DNA of 64,000 nt from Patescibacteria group bacterium (GCA_015485695.1 WFTB01000027.1:20183-84182), one strand, 5' to 3'; shown: positions 8,346-17,122, counted from the stretch's first letter. Numbers and translations are program-made. The notes: a model not told the origin generated them from the sequence alone.

Positions 8346-9239
8346 ATGTTTTTTACCATAATAGCTGGGGTAATGATTGCTCAGATATTAAACCCTTTTG
8401 TTGTCGGGTTTGAGTACATGGTTTCATTGGAATCCGCCCTTATTCGGCGCCCGGCCGTTTCAGAGCCTCCGGTTAGAGTAAACAAATCATCAATGGGTCC
8501 CGTGTTAACGGGAAGGGCGAGTATAGTTATTGACAGAGAATCAAGACGTGTTCTTTGGGCCGATGGACAGTATCTGAGTTTTCCGATAGCGAGCATAAGC
8601 AAGCTCATGACGGCATTGGTCTTCCTTGAGACCAAGCCGGATTTGTCCGAATACTATACCTTATCTTCTGAAGACATGACCAAAGGCGGAAACGTGTATA
8701 TAAAACAGGGTGATGCCGTTCGCGTCAGGGATATGTTGTATTCGGCTCTCATCGCGTCTGATAACAATTCCGCGCAAGGGCTGGTTAGTGCTTCCGGTCT
8801 TTCGAAGGAAGAATTCATAAATCGCATGAACGTTCGCGCGAGCGAGATAGGCATGTTGCATTCGTCGTTTCAAGAGGTGACCGGTTTGAGCTTTACGAAT
8901 GTTTCTTCGGTGCAGGATGTTGCGTTGCTTTTGGACGAAGCTCTCAGAAATCCGGTAATCAGTGACGCCGTATCCAGAAAAAGTTATGAATTCACCTCAC
9001 AATCAGGGAACAACTACAAATTGTACAATACGAATAAGTTGCTTGGTTCGTATTTGGACGTAATTGGCGGCAAAACCGGGTTTAACAACGAAGCCAGGTA
9101 TAATTTGGCGGTCGCGATCAGGGGAGAGGATGAACAAGAATTGTTGGTTGTCGTATTGGGAAGCAAGTCTATCGATTCGAGATTTCGGGACGCGAAAATT
9201 CTTGCAGATTGGGCGTTTAGAAATTATTCATGGAATTAA
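8346..9239 (+). CDS. D-alanyl-D-alanine carboxypeptidase (serine-type, PBP5/6-like)
   Basis: SxxK (SISKLMT), SxN (SDNNS) and KTG (GGKTGFN) active-site motifs. N-terminal hydrophobic segment. Confidence 0.75.
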   Translation: MFFTIIAGVMIAQILNPFVVGFEYMVSLESALIRRPAVSEPPVRVNKSSMGPVLTGRASIVIDRESRRVLWADGQYLSFPIASISKLMTALVFLETKPDLSEYYTLSSEDMTKGGNVYIKQGDAVRVRDMLYSALIASDNNSAQGLVSASGLSKEEFINRMNVRASEIGMLHSSFQEVTGLSFTNVSSVQDVALLLDEALRNPVISDAVSRKSYEFTSQSGNNYKLYNTNKLLGSYLDVIGGKTGFNNEARYNLAVAIRGEDEQELLVVVLGSKSIDSRFRDAKILADWAFRNYSWN

Positions 9240-9306
9240 TCCTCAAAATTCGTTTTTATTATCTCGAATTTTTGAGTCGAGTTTATTATATTTTTAATTT
9301 TAGAAC

Positions 9307-9771
9307 ATGATTACGAATTATTTAATCGTGCTTGGCACGTCCATGTTGCCACTTGCCGAGCTTCGCGGGGCGATACCCATTGGCATTATCGGCTTTGATC
9401 TGAATTGGCTGTGGGTGTATGTGATGGCGGTGGTTGGGAATATGTTGCCGGTTTTTGTGTTGCCGGTATTGTGGAGAAAAATCGAAAATAAATTTGTCAA
9501 TCGTTTTGCTTTAATCGGGAAAATAATCCACTGGCTGTTTGAGCGCACCAGAAACAGATTTTATTCAAAATATAGAAGGTTTGGCAATATCGCGCTTGTT
9601 TTATTCGTCGCCGTTCCGTTGCCGGTTACGGGAGCTTGGAGCGGGACAATAGCGGCGTGGTTGTTCGGTATTCCGTATAAGAAGACTATAGGTTTGATTT
9701 TTGTAGGAGTTTTGATATCCGGAATAATCGTCACCGCAATAACGAAAGGAATCGTGCGCTTTGCTTTGTAA
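9307..9771 (+). CDS. Small polytopic membrane protein, possibly PF06695 small multidrug export-like
   Basis: Four predicted TM helices. LAELRGAIPIGII motif. Confidence 0.4.
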   Translation: MITNYLIVLGTSMLPLAELRGAIPIGIIGFDLNWLWVYVMAVVGNMLPVFVLPVLWRKIENKFVNRFALIGKIIHWLFERTRNRFYSKYRRFGNIALVLFVAVPLPVTGAWSGTIAAWLFGIPYKKTIGLIFVGVLISGIIVTAITKGIVRFAL

Positions 9772-9791
9772 TTTCGGGTACGCCTTAAAGT

Positions 9792-10325
9792 ATGAGTATA
9801 TATCCCAATAAAAACGGCTTTACTTTGATGGAGCTTATTGTTGTGATGGCGATAATAGCTTTAATATCAACGTTTGCGATGGTCGCAATCAGCAACGCCA
9901 GAAAAGCGTCGAGAGACGCGGTCAGAAGAGCGGATCTTCGTCAGATTAGAAATGCGATAGAATTTTATTATGACGACAATAATTCGTATCCAACGGTTTC
10001 AAGTTATGGGGAGTCCGGAACGGGAGGGTGGGACAACTCATATCAAGATAGCGATTCTGATGGTAATTATTTTTTGGATTTTTTGGTAGATGGGGGATAT
10101 ATGGCGTCCGTTCCGGTTGACCCCACGAATGACAGCGCGCACACGTACCAGTATTTCGCTTACAATGGAACAGGAGAGGTTAACGGTTGTCTGCAACCGT
10201 ATTATGTGCTCATAGGATACGGATTTGAATCTCCAACGGCGACGGAGGACAGCGGTTGCTATGATCCGGGTGGCGGATATAAAGATAATGACAACATACT
10301 TATATTTGTCGGGCAAGCAAAGTGA
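9792..10325 (+). CDS. Type IV pilin / pseudopilin-like protein (prepilin N-terminal methylation domain)
   Basis: Class III signal G|FTLMELIVVMAIIALIS with the conserved Glu5. Confidence 0.7.
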   Translation: MSIYPNKNGFTLMELIVVMAIIALISTFAMVAISNARKASRDAVRRADLRQIRNAIEFYYDDNNSYPTVSSYGESGTGGWDNSYQDSDSDGNYFLDFLVDGGYMASVPVDPTNDSAHTYQYFAYNGTGEVNGCLQPYYVLIGYGFESPTATEDSGCYDPGGGYKDNDNILIFVGQAK

Positions 10326-10369
10326 TATCCGCAAAATCGTTATTTGATTCGCTATTTTAAGAATATTTT

Positions 10370-11134
10370 ATGAAACAGAAACATTACGTAATTGGAAACT
10401 GGAAGCTTTATCTTGACAGAGAAAAATCCATTGAACACGCCATCGCCATCGAGAAAAACAAATCAATCGTTTCTTCCGACGCGCTGGAGATCGTCGTATG
10501 TCCGTCTCATGTCAATCTGGACAAAATATCCGGAATTAACAAATCCGTATCACTGGGAGCCCAGGACTGCGGGTTCGAAAACTCAGGAGCGCATACCGGA
10601 CAAGTCTCGCCGGACGATTTGGTGTCCATCGGATGCGAATACGTTATAATAGGGCATTCCGAACGTCGTTATCAGCTAGGTGAAACCGATGACGTCATAA
10701 ACCGTAAGATTATCGCTGCGCTAAAATCCGGGCTTGTTCCGATAGTGTGCTTTGGAGAAACATTTGAAGCTAACGAAAAAGGAATAAGCGGGGAATTCGT
10801 CAAGAATCAAATAAAATCGGCTTTTGAAGGCGTCTCTCTCGAGGATAATCAGAGGGTCATAGTCGCGTATGAGCCGGTTTGGGCGATTTATCCGTCAAAA
10901 CATGTTGTTACAACTCAACATGTGCATGAAATGGTCGAAATAATACACAAAACATGTAGCCCGGTTTTGGGCGGAGCTTATTCGTACTGTGTGGTTTACG
11001 GTGGTTCCGTGACCGGAGAAAACGTGGCGAATTTTATCGATTTGCCCGGCATAAACGGTGTTCTTCCCGGGCATGCCTCGACAGACTCTTCGGAGTTTGC
11101 TAAAATCATCGCGATTGTAAATGATATGTTATAA
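10370..11134 (+). CDS. tpiA: Triosephosphate isomerase
   Basis: GNWK, GHSERR, YEPVWAI and YGGSV motifs are present. The loop-6 sequence is atypical (see findings). Confidence 0.85.
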   Translation: MKQKHYVIGNWKLYLDREKSIEHAIAIEKNKSIVSSDALEIVVCPSHVNLDKISGINKSVSLGAQDCGFENSGAHTGQVSPDDLVSIGCEYVIIGHSERRYQLGETDDVINRKIIAALKSGLVPIVCFGETFEANEKGISGEFVKNQIKSAFEGVSLEDNQRVIVAYEPVWAIYPSKHVVTTQHVHEMVEIIHKTCSPVLGGAYSYCVVYGGSVTGENVANFIDLPGINGVLPGHASTDSSEFAKIIAIVNDML

Positions 11135-11162
11135 GGTTTTTGGTTCTGTGGCAGTCTAATTT

Positions 11163-11960
11163 TTGAATATGTTGCTTGTTATTTCCTTGGTGCTTTTCCT
11201 TGCCAGCCTTTCCGGTATTTTGTATTTTTGGTTTCGTTATCGGGATTCCATAACGGAGCATATTCAGAGCAATGAAACCGATTATTTCGCAAACAAGGAA
11301 ACGAAAGAGGTCATTTTAAAAAATCGTCTAAAACGAAAGTTGGTTGATAGGTTCGCCTTTATCGTTGATTATGCCAAACCGATTTTTGGCGCCGTTTCGT
11401 CGTTTTCAAAATCCGTATATGATAAATTGAGAGAAAAAGAAAGAGAATACAGAGTTTCCGCTGAAAAATTGATTCACGAAAGAAAGAAAAACAAAGAAAA
11501 AAACGAAGTTATCAACGAGAAATTGGAAGAGGTGGGAGAAATTCCGAAAGACGATGACGAAACCAAGGAGCAAACTTATCTGGACATTATTTCACTGGAT
11601 CCAGGAAACATAGACGCGTATAAAGGCCTAGCTTCTTTGTACATGTCTCGTAGACAGTTCGAAGAAGCGGTTGAATTGTACAGACATATAGTATATCTTG
11701 GAGACAAGGGTGTTGAATGTTTCCTCGAAGAGGCAAAGGGGTTGTCCGCTCTCGGAAGGTATGACGAAGTTGTTACGGCGCTCGAGAACGCTCTTGATTT
11801 GGAGCCGAAAAATCCGAAGATTATTGACAGGATTATAGAAGTAGCTATACTTCTTGAAGACAAGTCGTACGCTCGGAAATTCTTAAAGCGTCTTATGGAC
11901 GTTAATCCCGAAAACAAAAAAATAGAAGATTATAAAATGCGCATAGACGAAATAAAATAG
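11163..11960 (+). CDS. Membrane-anchored TPR-repeat protein
   Basis: N-terminal TM helix. TPR-like repeats (AYKGLASLYMSRRQFEEAVELY...). Confidence 0.55.
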   Translation: MNMLLVISLVLFLASLSGILYFWFRYRDSITEHIQSNETDYFANKETKEVILKNRLKRKLVDRFAFIVDYAKPIFGAVSSFSKSVYDKLREKEREYRVSAEKLIHERKKNKEKNEVINEKLEEVGEIPKDDDETKEQTYLDIISLDPGNIDAYKGLASLYMSRRQFEEAVELYRHIVYLGDKGVECFLEEAKGLSALGRYDEVVTALENALDLEPKNPKIIDRIIEVAILLEDKSYARKFLKRLMDVNPENKKIEDYKMRIDEIK

Positions 11961-12001
11961 CGCCAATAATACGGCTTTGATCAGGTTTTGGCACTGCGAG
12001 C

Positions 12002-12074
12002 GCCATCTTAGCTCAGTTGGTAGAGCAACGGTTTTGTAAACCGTCGGTCGTCGGTTCGAGTCCGACAGATGGCT
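12002..12074 (+). tRNA. tRNA-Thr (anticodon TGT)
   Basis: Manual cloverleaf: acceptor GCCATCT/AGATGGC, D-arm GCTCAGTTGGTAGAGC, anticodon stem ACGGT/ACCGT with loop TTTGTAA, T-arm GTCGGTTCGAGTCCGAC. Confidence 0.85.
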
Positions 12075-12245
12075 CATTAAGCTACAAGAGCCTCTGCTAG
12101 CGGGCTCTTGCCTTGCTATTTGCGGGTATTTGTGTTACAGTTTCACGCGTGGTTCTTGGGCATTCTCGCGAATTTTGTTTTGGCTGTCATGGTTTATTCC
12201 GGTGTTGAGGTTTGATACAGAACCGGTACGCGCAATTTGCAATCG

Positions 12246-12318
12246 GCCGTTGTAGCTCAGCTGGTAGAGCAACTCCATGGTAAGGAGTAGGTCCGCGGTT
12301 CAAGTCCGCGCAACGGCT
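12246..12318 (+). tRNA. tRNA-Thr (anticodon GGT)
   Basis: Acceptor GCCGTTG/CAACGGC, anticodon stem ACTCC/GGAGT with loop ATGGTAA, T-loop TTCAAGT. Confidence 0.85.
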
Positions 12319-12460
12319 CATGGTTTGTTTGCATACATTGTGATACGCTTTGCGGCTTGCGAAGAACATTATATACTCGCATGTCGCTTGTCTAAAGCGC
12401 TATTGGGGTTTGTGCGAAAAATCTTTGTTTTTAGATTAGTTAAGTTTATAATTATCAAAT

Positions 12461-12616
12461 ATGTCACAGGATAACATGATAAAGTTCGAGTGTACCGAGT
12501 GTCATGCGATTAACTATCATTCTCGCAAAAACAAGAAGTTAATTAAAGACCGCCTCGAGCTTAAAAAACATTGCAACAAGTGCGCAAAGCACACTCTCCA
12601 CAAAGAAACAAAGTAA
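12461..12616 (+). CDS. rpmG: 50S ribosomal protein L33
   Basis: 51 aa: [51 protein letters not shown]. Has the L33 CxxC...CxxC zinc ribbon and the KHTLHKE C-terminus. Not in the ORF track. Confidence 0.8.
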   Translation: MSQDNMIKFECTECHAINYHSRKNKKLIKDRLELKKHCNKCAKHTLHKETK

Positions 12617-12621
12617 GATTT

Positions 12622-13002
12622 ATGAAGTCTAATCGTGGCGCGACATCAGCATGGTCAATATTGTTGGTAATAATAATTATCGCCGGAGCTCTTCTATGGG
12701 GGCTTTGGCCGGAGGGTAAGAATTTCGAACAAGCGACCGGGTTGGATGGTATAGATGAGTGGAATCGCGCCAAGGATAAAATATACGGAATAAAAAATAG
12801 TGTTGATGAAAAATTGTCTTTAAAAGACGAAAAAGCCAGGATAGATCAATGGATAATAGACAAAGGTTTGAATCGATATGGAGACCCGATTGGCACTATG
12901 TACGCGGGAGGAACACCGTTATTTGATGAAAAAACGGGAGCAATGACAGATCGGTACGAATATATAATAAAGCGTTATCCGGATAAGCCATGGCTTGAAT
13001 AG
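12622..13002 (+). CDS. Hypothetical membrane-anchored protein
   Basis: N-terminal TM (WSILLVIIIIAGALLWGLW). No recognizable domain. The ORF-track start at 12571 overlaps rpmG; ATG 12622 is more likely. Confidence 0.35.
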   Translation: MKSNRGATSAWSILLVIIIIAGALLWGLWPEGKNFEQATGLDGIDEWNRAKDKIYGIKNSVDEKLSLKDEKARIDQWIIDKGLNRYGDPIGTMYAGGTPLFDEKTGAMTDRYEYIIKRYPDKPWLE

Positions 13003-13034
13003 ATTGGGCTAAAGCGATTTCGTATTTTTCATAA

Positions 13035-13109
13035 GGGGGTGTCGGTTAATGGCTAAACCACTGGCCTCCAAAGCCAGGACTGGGGGTTCGAATCCCTCCG
13101 CCCCTGCCA
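13035..13109 (+). tRNA. tRNA-Trp (anticodon CCA)
   Basis: Anticodon stem CTGGC/GCCAG with loop CTCCAAA. 3' end CGCCCCTGCCA matches E. coli tRNA-Trp. The CCA is encoded. Confidence 0.85.
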
Positions 13110-13370
13110 CTAAGGATTTTACCTTGTTGGGATTACGAGAAAGTTCGAACGCTGGCTAATTTCGGTGTTCGATTAAGTATATCTTGGTAAGTTGGAAAAT
13201 CTTCAAAGACAAGTCCGAATAGGGCTTGTTTTTGGTTGATATTTTCAGTATCTTCAATGATTTTAGCGGATGTGTTTTCTTTGCAAGATGTTTTTAGACG
13301 TTAAATTTAAAGCTCAACGCCAATCCATGCTCGCATTATGAGCAGTTAAAAATTTATGGTATAATTAGAA

Positions 13371-13397
13371 ATCTCCAATTCGCGCGAATAGGCGAAT
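13371..13397. repeat. Conserved palindromic motif copy 3 (atctccaattcgcgcgaataggcgaat), 16 nt upstream of the CYTH gene
   Basis: 26/27 identity to the copy-1/2 core. An extended -10 (TGgTATAAT, 13357-13365) lies immediately upstream. Confidence 0.8.
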
Positions 13398-13413
13398 TAT
13401 ACATCCATAACAT

Positions 13414-13983
13414 ATGGACGACGGTTATAAAGAAATTGAAACTCGGTTTTTAGATATTGACGTTGAAGACCTAGAAAGACGATTAGGTAAACTCGGTGCA
13501 ACTAACAAGGGTGAAGCTTTTTTGAAAGAGACGATATTTTTAGATCGTAATGGAAACTGGGAGAATGACTTTAAAGTAGTTAGGCTTCGTGTGTTTTCAG
13601 GTGGAAAAGTAAAACTTTCGTATAAACGTTTTGTGTCGCATGATATTGACGGTACTCGAGAGATAGAATTGAGTCTTGATGAGAATCCGAAAAAAATAAG
13701 CCAGTTTTTAGAAGCTATTGACTTAGTGGTCTATCGCTACCAAGAAAAGAAACGGCATACATATGAACTTGAAGGAGTCACTGTTGATATTGACACGTGG
13801 CCTTCCATCCCCACATACGTAGAACTGGAAGGCGAATCAGAAGAAGCTCTTAAGGGAGTTGCAGAAAAGCTTGGGCTTGATTGGTCAGAAGCAGTGTTCA
13901 AGGATGCGCAAGCAATCATTGAGATGTATATAAAAAAGTCTTTTAACGATATAAAATATTTCACATTTGACAGGATTGAATAG
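13414..13983 (+). CDS. CYTH-domain protein (triphosphate tunnel metalloenzyme / CyaB-like)
   Basis: N-terminal EIETRFL (ExExK signature), internal basic and acidic beta-strand residues, and a C-terminal VDIDTWPSIPTYVELEGES. Confidence 0.65.
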   Translation: MDDGYKEIETRFLDIDVEDLERRLGKLGATNKGEAFLKETIFLDRNGNWENDFKVVRLRVFSGGKVKLSYKRFVSHDIDGTREIELSLDENPKKISQFLEAIDLVVYRYQEKKRHTYELEGVTVDIDTWPSIPTYVELEGESEEALKGVAEKLGLDWSEAVFKDAQAIIEMYIKKSFNDIKYFTFDRIE

Positions 13984-13989
13984 TAACAA

Positions 13990-14016
13990 ATCTATAATTC
14001 GCGCGAATAGGCGAAT
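13990..14016. repeat. Conserved palindromic motif copy 4 (atctataattcgcgcgaataggcgaat), 11 nt upstream of the second CYTH gene
   Basis: 25/27 identity to the copy-1 core. Confidence 0.8.
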
Positions 14017-14027
14017 ACTAGAATCGT

Positions 14028-14570
14028 ATGAGAGAAATTGAAGTAAAGGCTAAGATATCTAATAAGGAGAAGGTTTATCAAAGTCTTCTTGCGCGTGGGT
14101 GAGAATTTGCTGATCCTGTTGAATAGAATGATATTATTTTCCTTCGAAAAGGTAAGAAACTTCTTGAAGTAGAGTCGGGTGATTCTGTGCTTCGTGTTCG
14201 CAAGGTGGGAGATACGGCTAAACTGACGTATAAAGAGTATGTTTCAAACCAACTTGACTGTATCGAAGAGGGGCTTGCCATCGCTGATGCGGACACTATG
14301 CGACGTATCATCGAGCGTCTTGGATTTATCGAAGTAATCCAGGTGCACAAGAAACGTATTACCATCAAATACAAGGATTATGAGATTTGCTTCGATATTG
14401 TCGATGACCTTGGTGCTTTTATAGAGGTGGAGAAAATAGTACCAGATGATGAGGGTGATGGGGTGCAAGACGAGCTGTACGAATTTCTTTCCGAACTTGG
14501 GTTTACCAAGGAAGATAGGGTGACAATCGGGTATGACGTGCTCATGTTTATATTGAAACATCAAAGTTAA
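14028..14570 (+). pseudogene. CYTH-domain paralog interrupted by two in-frame stop codons
   Basis: A single reading frame spells MREIEVKAKISNKEKVYQSLLARG-TGA(14100)-EFADPVE-TAG(14124)-NDIIFLRKG...VRKVGDTAKLTYKEY..., which aligns with CYTH/CyaB proteins across both stops. The ORF track only calls 14187..14570. Confidence 0.55.
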
Positions 14571-14580
14571 TAAAAGCGAT

Positions 14581-15228
14581 ATGCAAGATACAAAATATTT
14601 TTTACACGGAGGGGATATCGGCAATTTCCTTGAGCGTGGAATGGTGGCAGATTTTTTTCAAGAACCAGGGTGTCGGCATATACTATATATCGGATTCCAT
14701 CACCAAAGATATGACCTAGGGTTTATCAAAAACATCAGAAACAGTATTGCTCAAGGTGTCAAATTCACCGTATATGAAAAGGGAAGCGCAAAGAATAGCA
14801 TCAATCAATTAAGCACGATTGATGGCGTATATATAGGTGGCGGAAACGAACAAGAGCTGTTAACTGCCTTTGATGAGGACAATTTTCGAGAGCCGTTTGT
14901 TAAATGGCTAAAATCGGGCAACGCAAAGGCGTATGTGGGTTCAAGCGCGGGTGTGCAGGTCTTGGGCAAGAAATACTATAGTTGGGAAGAAGAAGTGAAA
15001 GATTGGGATACTGCCCAAGATAATGGGTTCGGTATTTTTGAAAACTCTTTATTTGAGGTTCATGTTACGCAAAGAAACAGAAGATTTTTGATTGACAAAG
15101 CAATCCGGGAAGAAAGTGACATAAAACATATTTACGGAATCGACGAGGGCTCGGCAATTGTGTTGCAAGTTGGAAAGGAAGATTGTCCCGAAATAATCGA
15201 AGGTGGTGCATATGTATATAAGAAATAA
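14581..15228 (+). CDS. Peptidase S51-like (dipeptidase E / cyanophycinase-like)
   Basis: GGGNE and GSSAG motifs are characteristic of the S51 class-I glutamine-amidotransferase-like fold. Confidence 0.45.
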   Translation: MQDTKYFLHGGDIGNFLERGMVADFFQEPGCRHILYIGFHHQRYDLGFIKNIRNSIAQGVKFTVYEKGSAKNSINQLSTIDGVYIGGGNEQELLTAFDEDNFREPFVKWLKSGNAKAYVGSSAGVQVLGKKYYSWEEEVKDWDTAQDNGFGIFENSLFEVHVTQRNRRFLIDKAIREESDIKHIYGIDEGSAIVLQVGKEDCPEIIEGGAYVYKK

Positions 15229-15229
15229 C

Positions 15230-16126
15230 ATGAAAATATCCATCATTGACATTGGAACGAACAGTATTAAGCATTCTGTTTTTTGTATACGGAACAAAAA
15301 GAAAACACTCATTTCGTATGAGCGGTTTTCCGAGGTGAATCTCGGATCAAACAGAGACCATATCGAGCCTGACACGGCAGATAAAATTTTTGCCACGTTG
15401 CGGGCGTACAAGGAGAGAAACGATGAGGTAGGTGTGGAGAAAACACGACTTGTCGGAACCGACATCCTTCGCACCGCGGATAACGCATTGAAGTTTACTG
15501 AACGCGTAGAGAAATTATTCGGTGTTCCGGTTGAGGTTATCTCTCATGAGCGTGAGGGGTATTATCTTTATCGGGGTTTACGTGATGTAGTGCCCGAAGG
15601 GACAATATTTGGCGCGATTAATTGTGGTGGAGGGAGTATTGAGATTGTAATCGGTGATACGAGTGAACTTATTGATAATATCCTAATCCCGTTTGGGGTG
15701 AACGCTCTGCGCAAACAGTTTGGAAGTAAAGATGACCCAAACACAGTCGACTGGAATGGTCTTGAAACATATCTTGAACAAGAAATGAACGTGGGGCGAA
15801 CGACACTTGATTATTTTTTCTTGAGCGGAGTGTATGATTTTCTCAATATCGCCGGCAGAGCCATAGGGTTTGAGTATGACTCTTGCGATATACGGGACCA
15901 TCCTATTAAGACAGATACGCCAACGTATAGCCAACATGCTGATGTGATCAAACGAACCGCCATCGAAACGCTCAGAGACGCCTATCCGAAAAATCCAAAA
16001 TACGCGGATAATTTTGCCATAGGTGAAATGGTATACTATACAGCAGTGAAAAAACTCGGCGTGGAAGAAGTGATTCCCAGTCCGTATGAGTATACCGACG
16101 GTCTCATCGCGGAGATGATTGAGTGA
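15230..16126 (+). CDS. Ppx/GppA-family phosphatase (ASKHA fold)
   Basis: MKISIIDIGTNSIKHSVF matches the Ppx/GppA N-terminal phosphate-1 motif. Length is about 300 aa. Confidence 0.6.
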   Translation: MKISIIDIGTNSIKHSVFCIRNKKKTLISYERFSEVNLGSNRDHIEPDTADKIFATLRAYKERNDEVGVEKTRLVGTDILRTADNALKFTERVEKLFGVPVEVISHEREGYYLYRGLRDVVPEGTIFGAINCGGGSIEIVIGDTSELIDNILIPFGVNALRKQFGSKDDPNTVDWNGLETYLEQEMNVGRTTLDYFFLSGVYDFLNIAGRAIGFEYDSCDIRDHPIKTDTPTYSQHADVIKRTAIETLRDAYPKNPKYADNFAIGEMVYYTAVKKLGVEEVIPSPYEYTDGLIAEMIE

Positions 16127-16152
16127 TAATAGGTGATTGAACACGTTAATGT

Positions 16153-16755
16153 ATGCGAAAAATAATTCTTTTTGATGCTGACGGAGTCATCATTGATAAA
16201 CCCAAACTGTTCAGTGAAGTTTTCTCCAAAGAGCATAATGTTTCTCTGGATAAGATACTGCCGTTTTTTGAATGTGAAATGGAGCGATGTTTGGTCGGTG
16301 ACATGGACGTAAAAGACGCTCTCGCGCGTTATGTTGACGCGTGGGGTTGGAGTGGAACAATAGATGAATTGCTTGAGTATTGGTTTGACAAAGAACATCA
16401 TGTAAATGAACAAGTGCGTGATTATATCTTAACACTTCGTGACAGGGGAGTGTTTTGTTGTCTTGCGACGAACAATGAAATGCGAAGGGTGCGGTACATG
16501 GCTGAAAACATGGGATTTGGAAAACTGTTTGACCAAGTGCTCTCTTCCGCTCATGTAAAAGCGAGAAAACCGGAACGCGCGTTTTGGGAGAATATTCATG
16601 TTGCAATTGGCGAACCGGATTATGACAATGTGTTGTTCTGGGATGATAAGCAAGAAAACGTAAATTCCGCGCGTGATTTTGGGTATCACGCCGAACGGTA
16701 TGAACAATTCGATGCTTTCAAACAAAAGACAGGGATGTGGCTAGAGCATGGATAG
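16153..16755 (+). CDS. HAD-superfamily hydrolase
   Basis: Motif I ILFDADGVII (DxDG). Later motifs are consistent with HAD phosphatases. Confidence 0.7.
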   Translation: MRKIILFDADGVIIDKPKLFSEVFSKEHNVSLDKILPFFECEMERCLVGDMDVKDALARYVDAWGWSGTIDELLEYWFDKEHHVNEQVRDYILTLRDRGVFCCLATNNEMRRVRYMAENMGFGKLFDQVLSSAHVKARKPERAFWENIHVAIGEPDYDNVLFWDDKQENVNSARDFGYHAERYEQFDAFKQKTGMWLEHG

Positions 16756-16782
16756 AATAAGTGTTCTTATTAGAATCACTTG

Positions 16783-16818
16783 CCGTGAGCAGTACAACTA
16801 CCGTGAGCAGTACAACTA
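16783..16818. repeat. Tandem direct repeat, 2 x 18 bp (ccgtgagcagtacaacta)
   Basis: Two exact adjacent copies followed by a partial third (ccg). Seen directly in the sequence. The ORF-track peptide REQYNYREQYNY reflects it. Confidence 0.8.
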
Positions 16819-16897
16819 CCGCGTAATTATGAATGTACCAATACATGTGTCGGTGATAAATAACCCAATCAAAATGTATTGTGCAAATCTTAAAATT

Positions 16898-16943
16898 TTA
16901 TGCCTCAAAATAACACGATCGACGTCAGATGAGGCACGGGAAA
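16898..16943 (+). repeat. REP/MITE-like palindromic element A (ATGCCTCA-aaataacacgatcgacgtcaga-TGAGGCACGGGAAA)
   Basis: Terminal inverted repeats flank a CGATCG-containing core. Member of a 6-copy family in this window. Confidence 0.7.
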
Positions 16944-16978
16944 ATTCATGATTGTTGTATTTTTTGCGAATCTTTAAA

Positions 16979-17026
16979 TCCCATGCCTCATATATACACG
17001 ATCGACGATATTTGAAGCACGGGAAA
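16979..17026 (+). repeat. REP/MITE-like palindromic element B (CCCATGCCTCA-tatatacacgatcgacgatattt-GAAGCACGGGAAA)
   Basis: Same family and same orientation as A. Slightly degenerate right arm. Confidence 0.65.
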
Positions 17027-17122
17027 CGCTAAAAATCGATAACGAATTTGTCTAATACATGCATTTGATTTTCAGGCGTGGAAGTGATACTGTGTAAGCG
17101 GTAGGGTGTATCGCTTTTTGAT

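Noticed and set aside
11883-12369. Minus-strand ORFs 11883..12077 and 12187..12369
   Set aside because: They overlap the two tRNA-Thr genes and are artefacts of the tRNA sequence.
13110-13370. att-like direct repeat of the tRNA-Trp 3' end marking an integrated island boundary
   Set aside because: I could not find a copy of the tRNA 3' segment (ccgcccctgcca or longer) downstream within the window. An island origin of the CYTH locus remains only a hypothesis.
14100-14126. Alternative genetic code (e.g. code 25/4 with TGA read as a sense codon) as the explanation for in-frame TGA/TAG in the CYTH gene
   Set aside because: TGA, TAG and TAA each terminate highly conserved genes at the expected positions (scpA and recO end in TGA; rplK and ileS end in TAG; rplA, nusG and dnaK end in TAA). 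The tRNA-Trp has a standard CCA anticodon. Pseudogenisation is the simpler explanation.
16748-16951. ORF-track CDS 16748..16951 (+) and 26560..26790 (-)
   Set aside because: Both lie entirely in repeat-rich intergenic DNA. Their only similarity to each other (LKITRSTS(D/N)EA) is the translated REP-like element. Likely non-coding.
16898-17026. CRISPR array hypothesis for the paired 45-bp palindromic repeats
   Set aside because: Only two units per locus. Units are imperfect and self-complementary with variable spacing. No cas genes in the window. Orientation and structure fit REP/MITE-like elements better.
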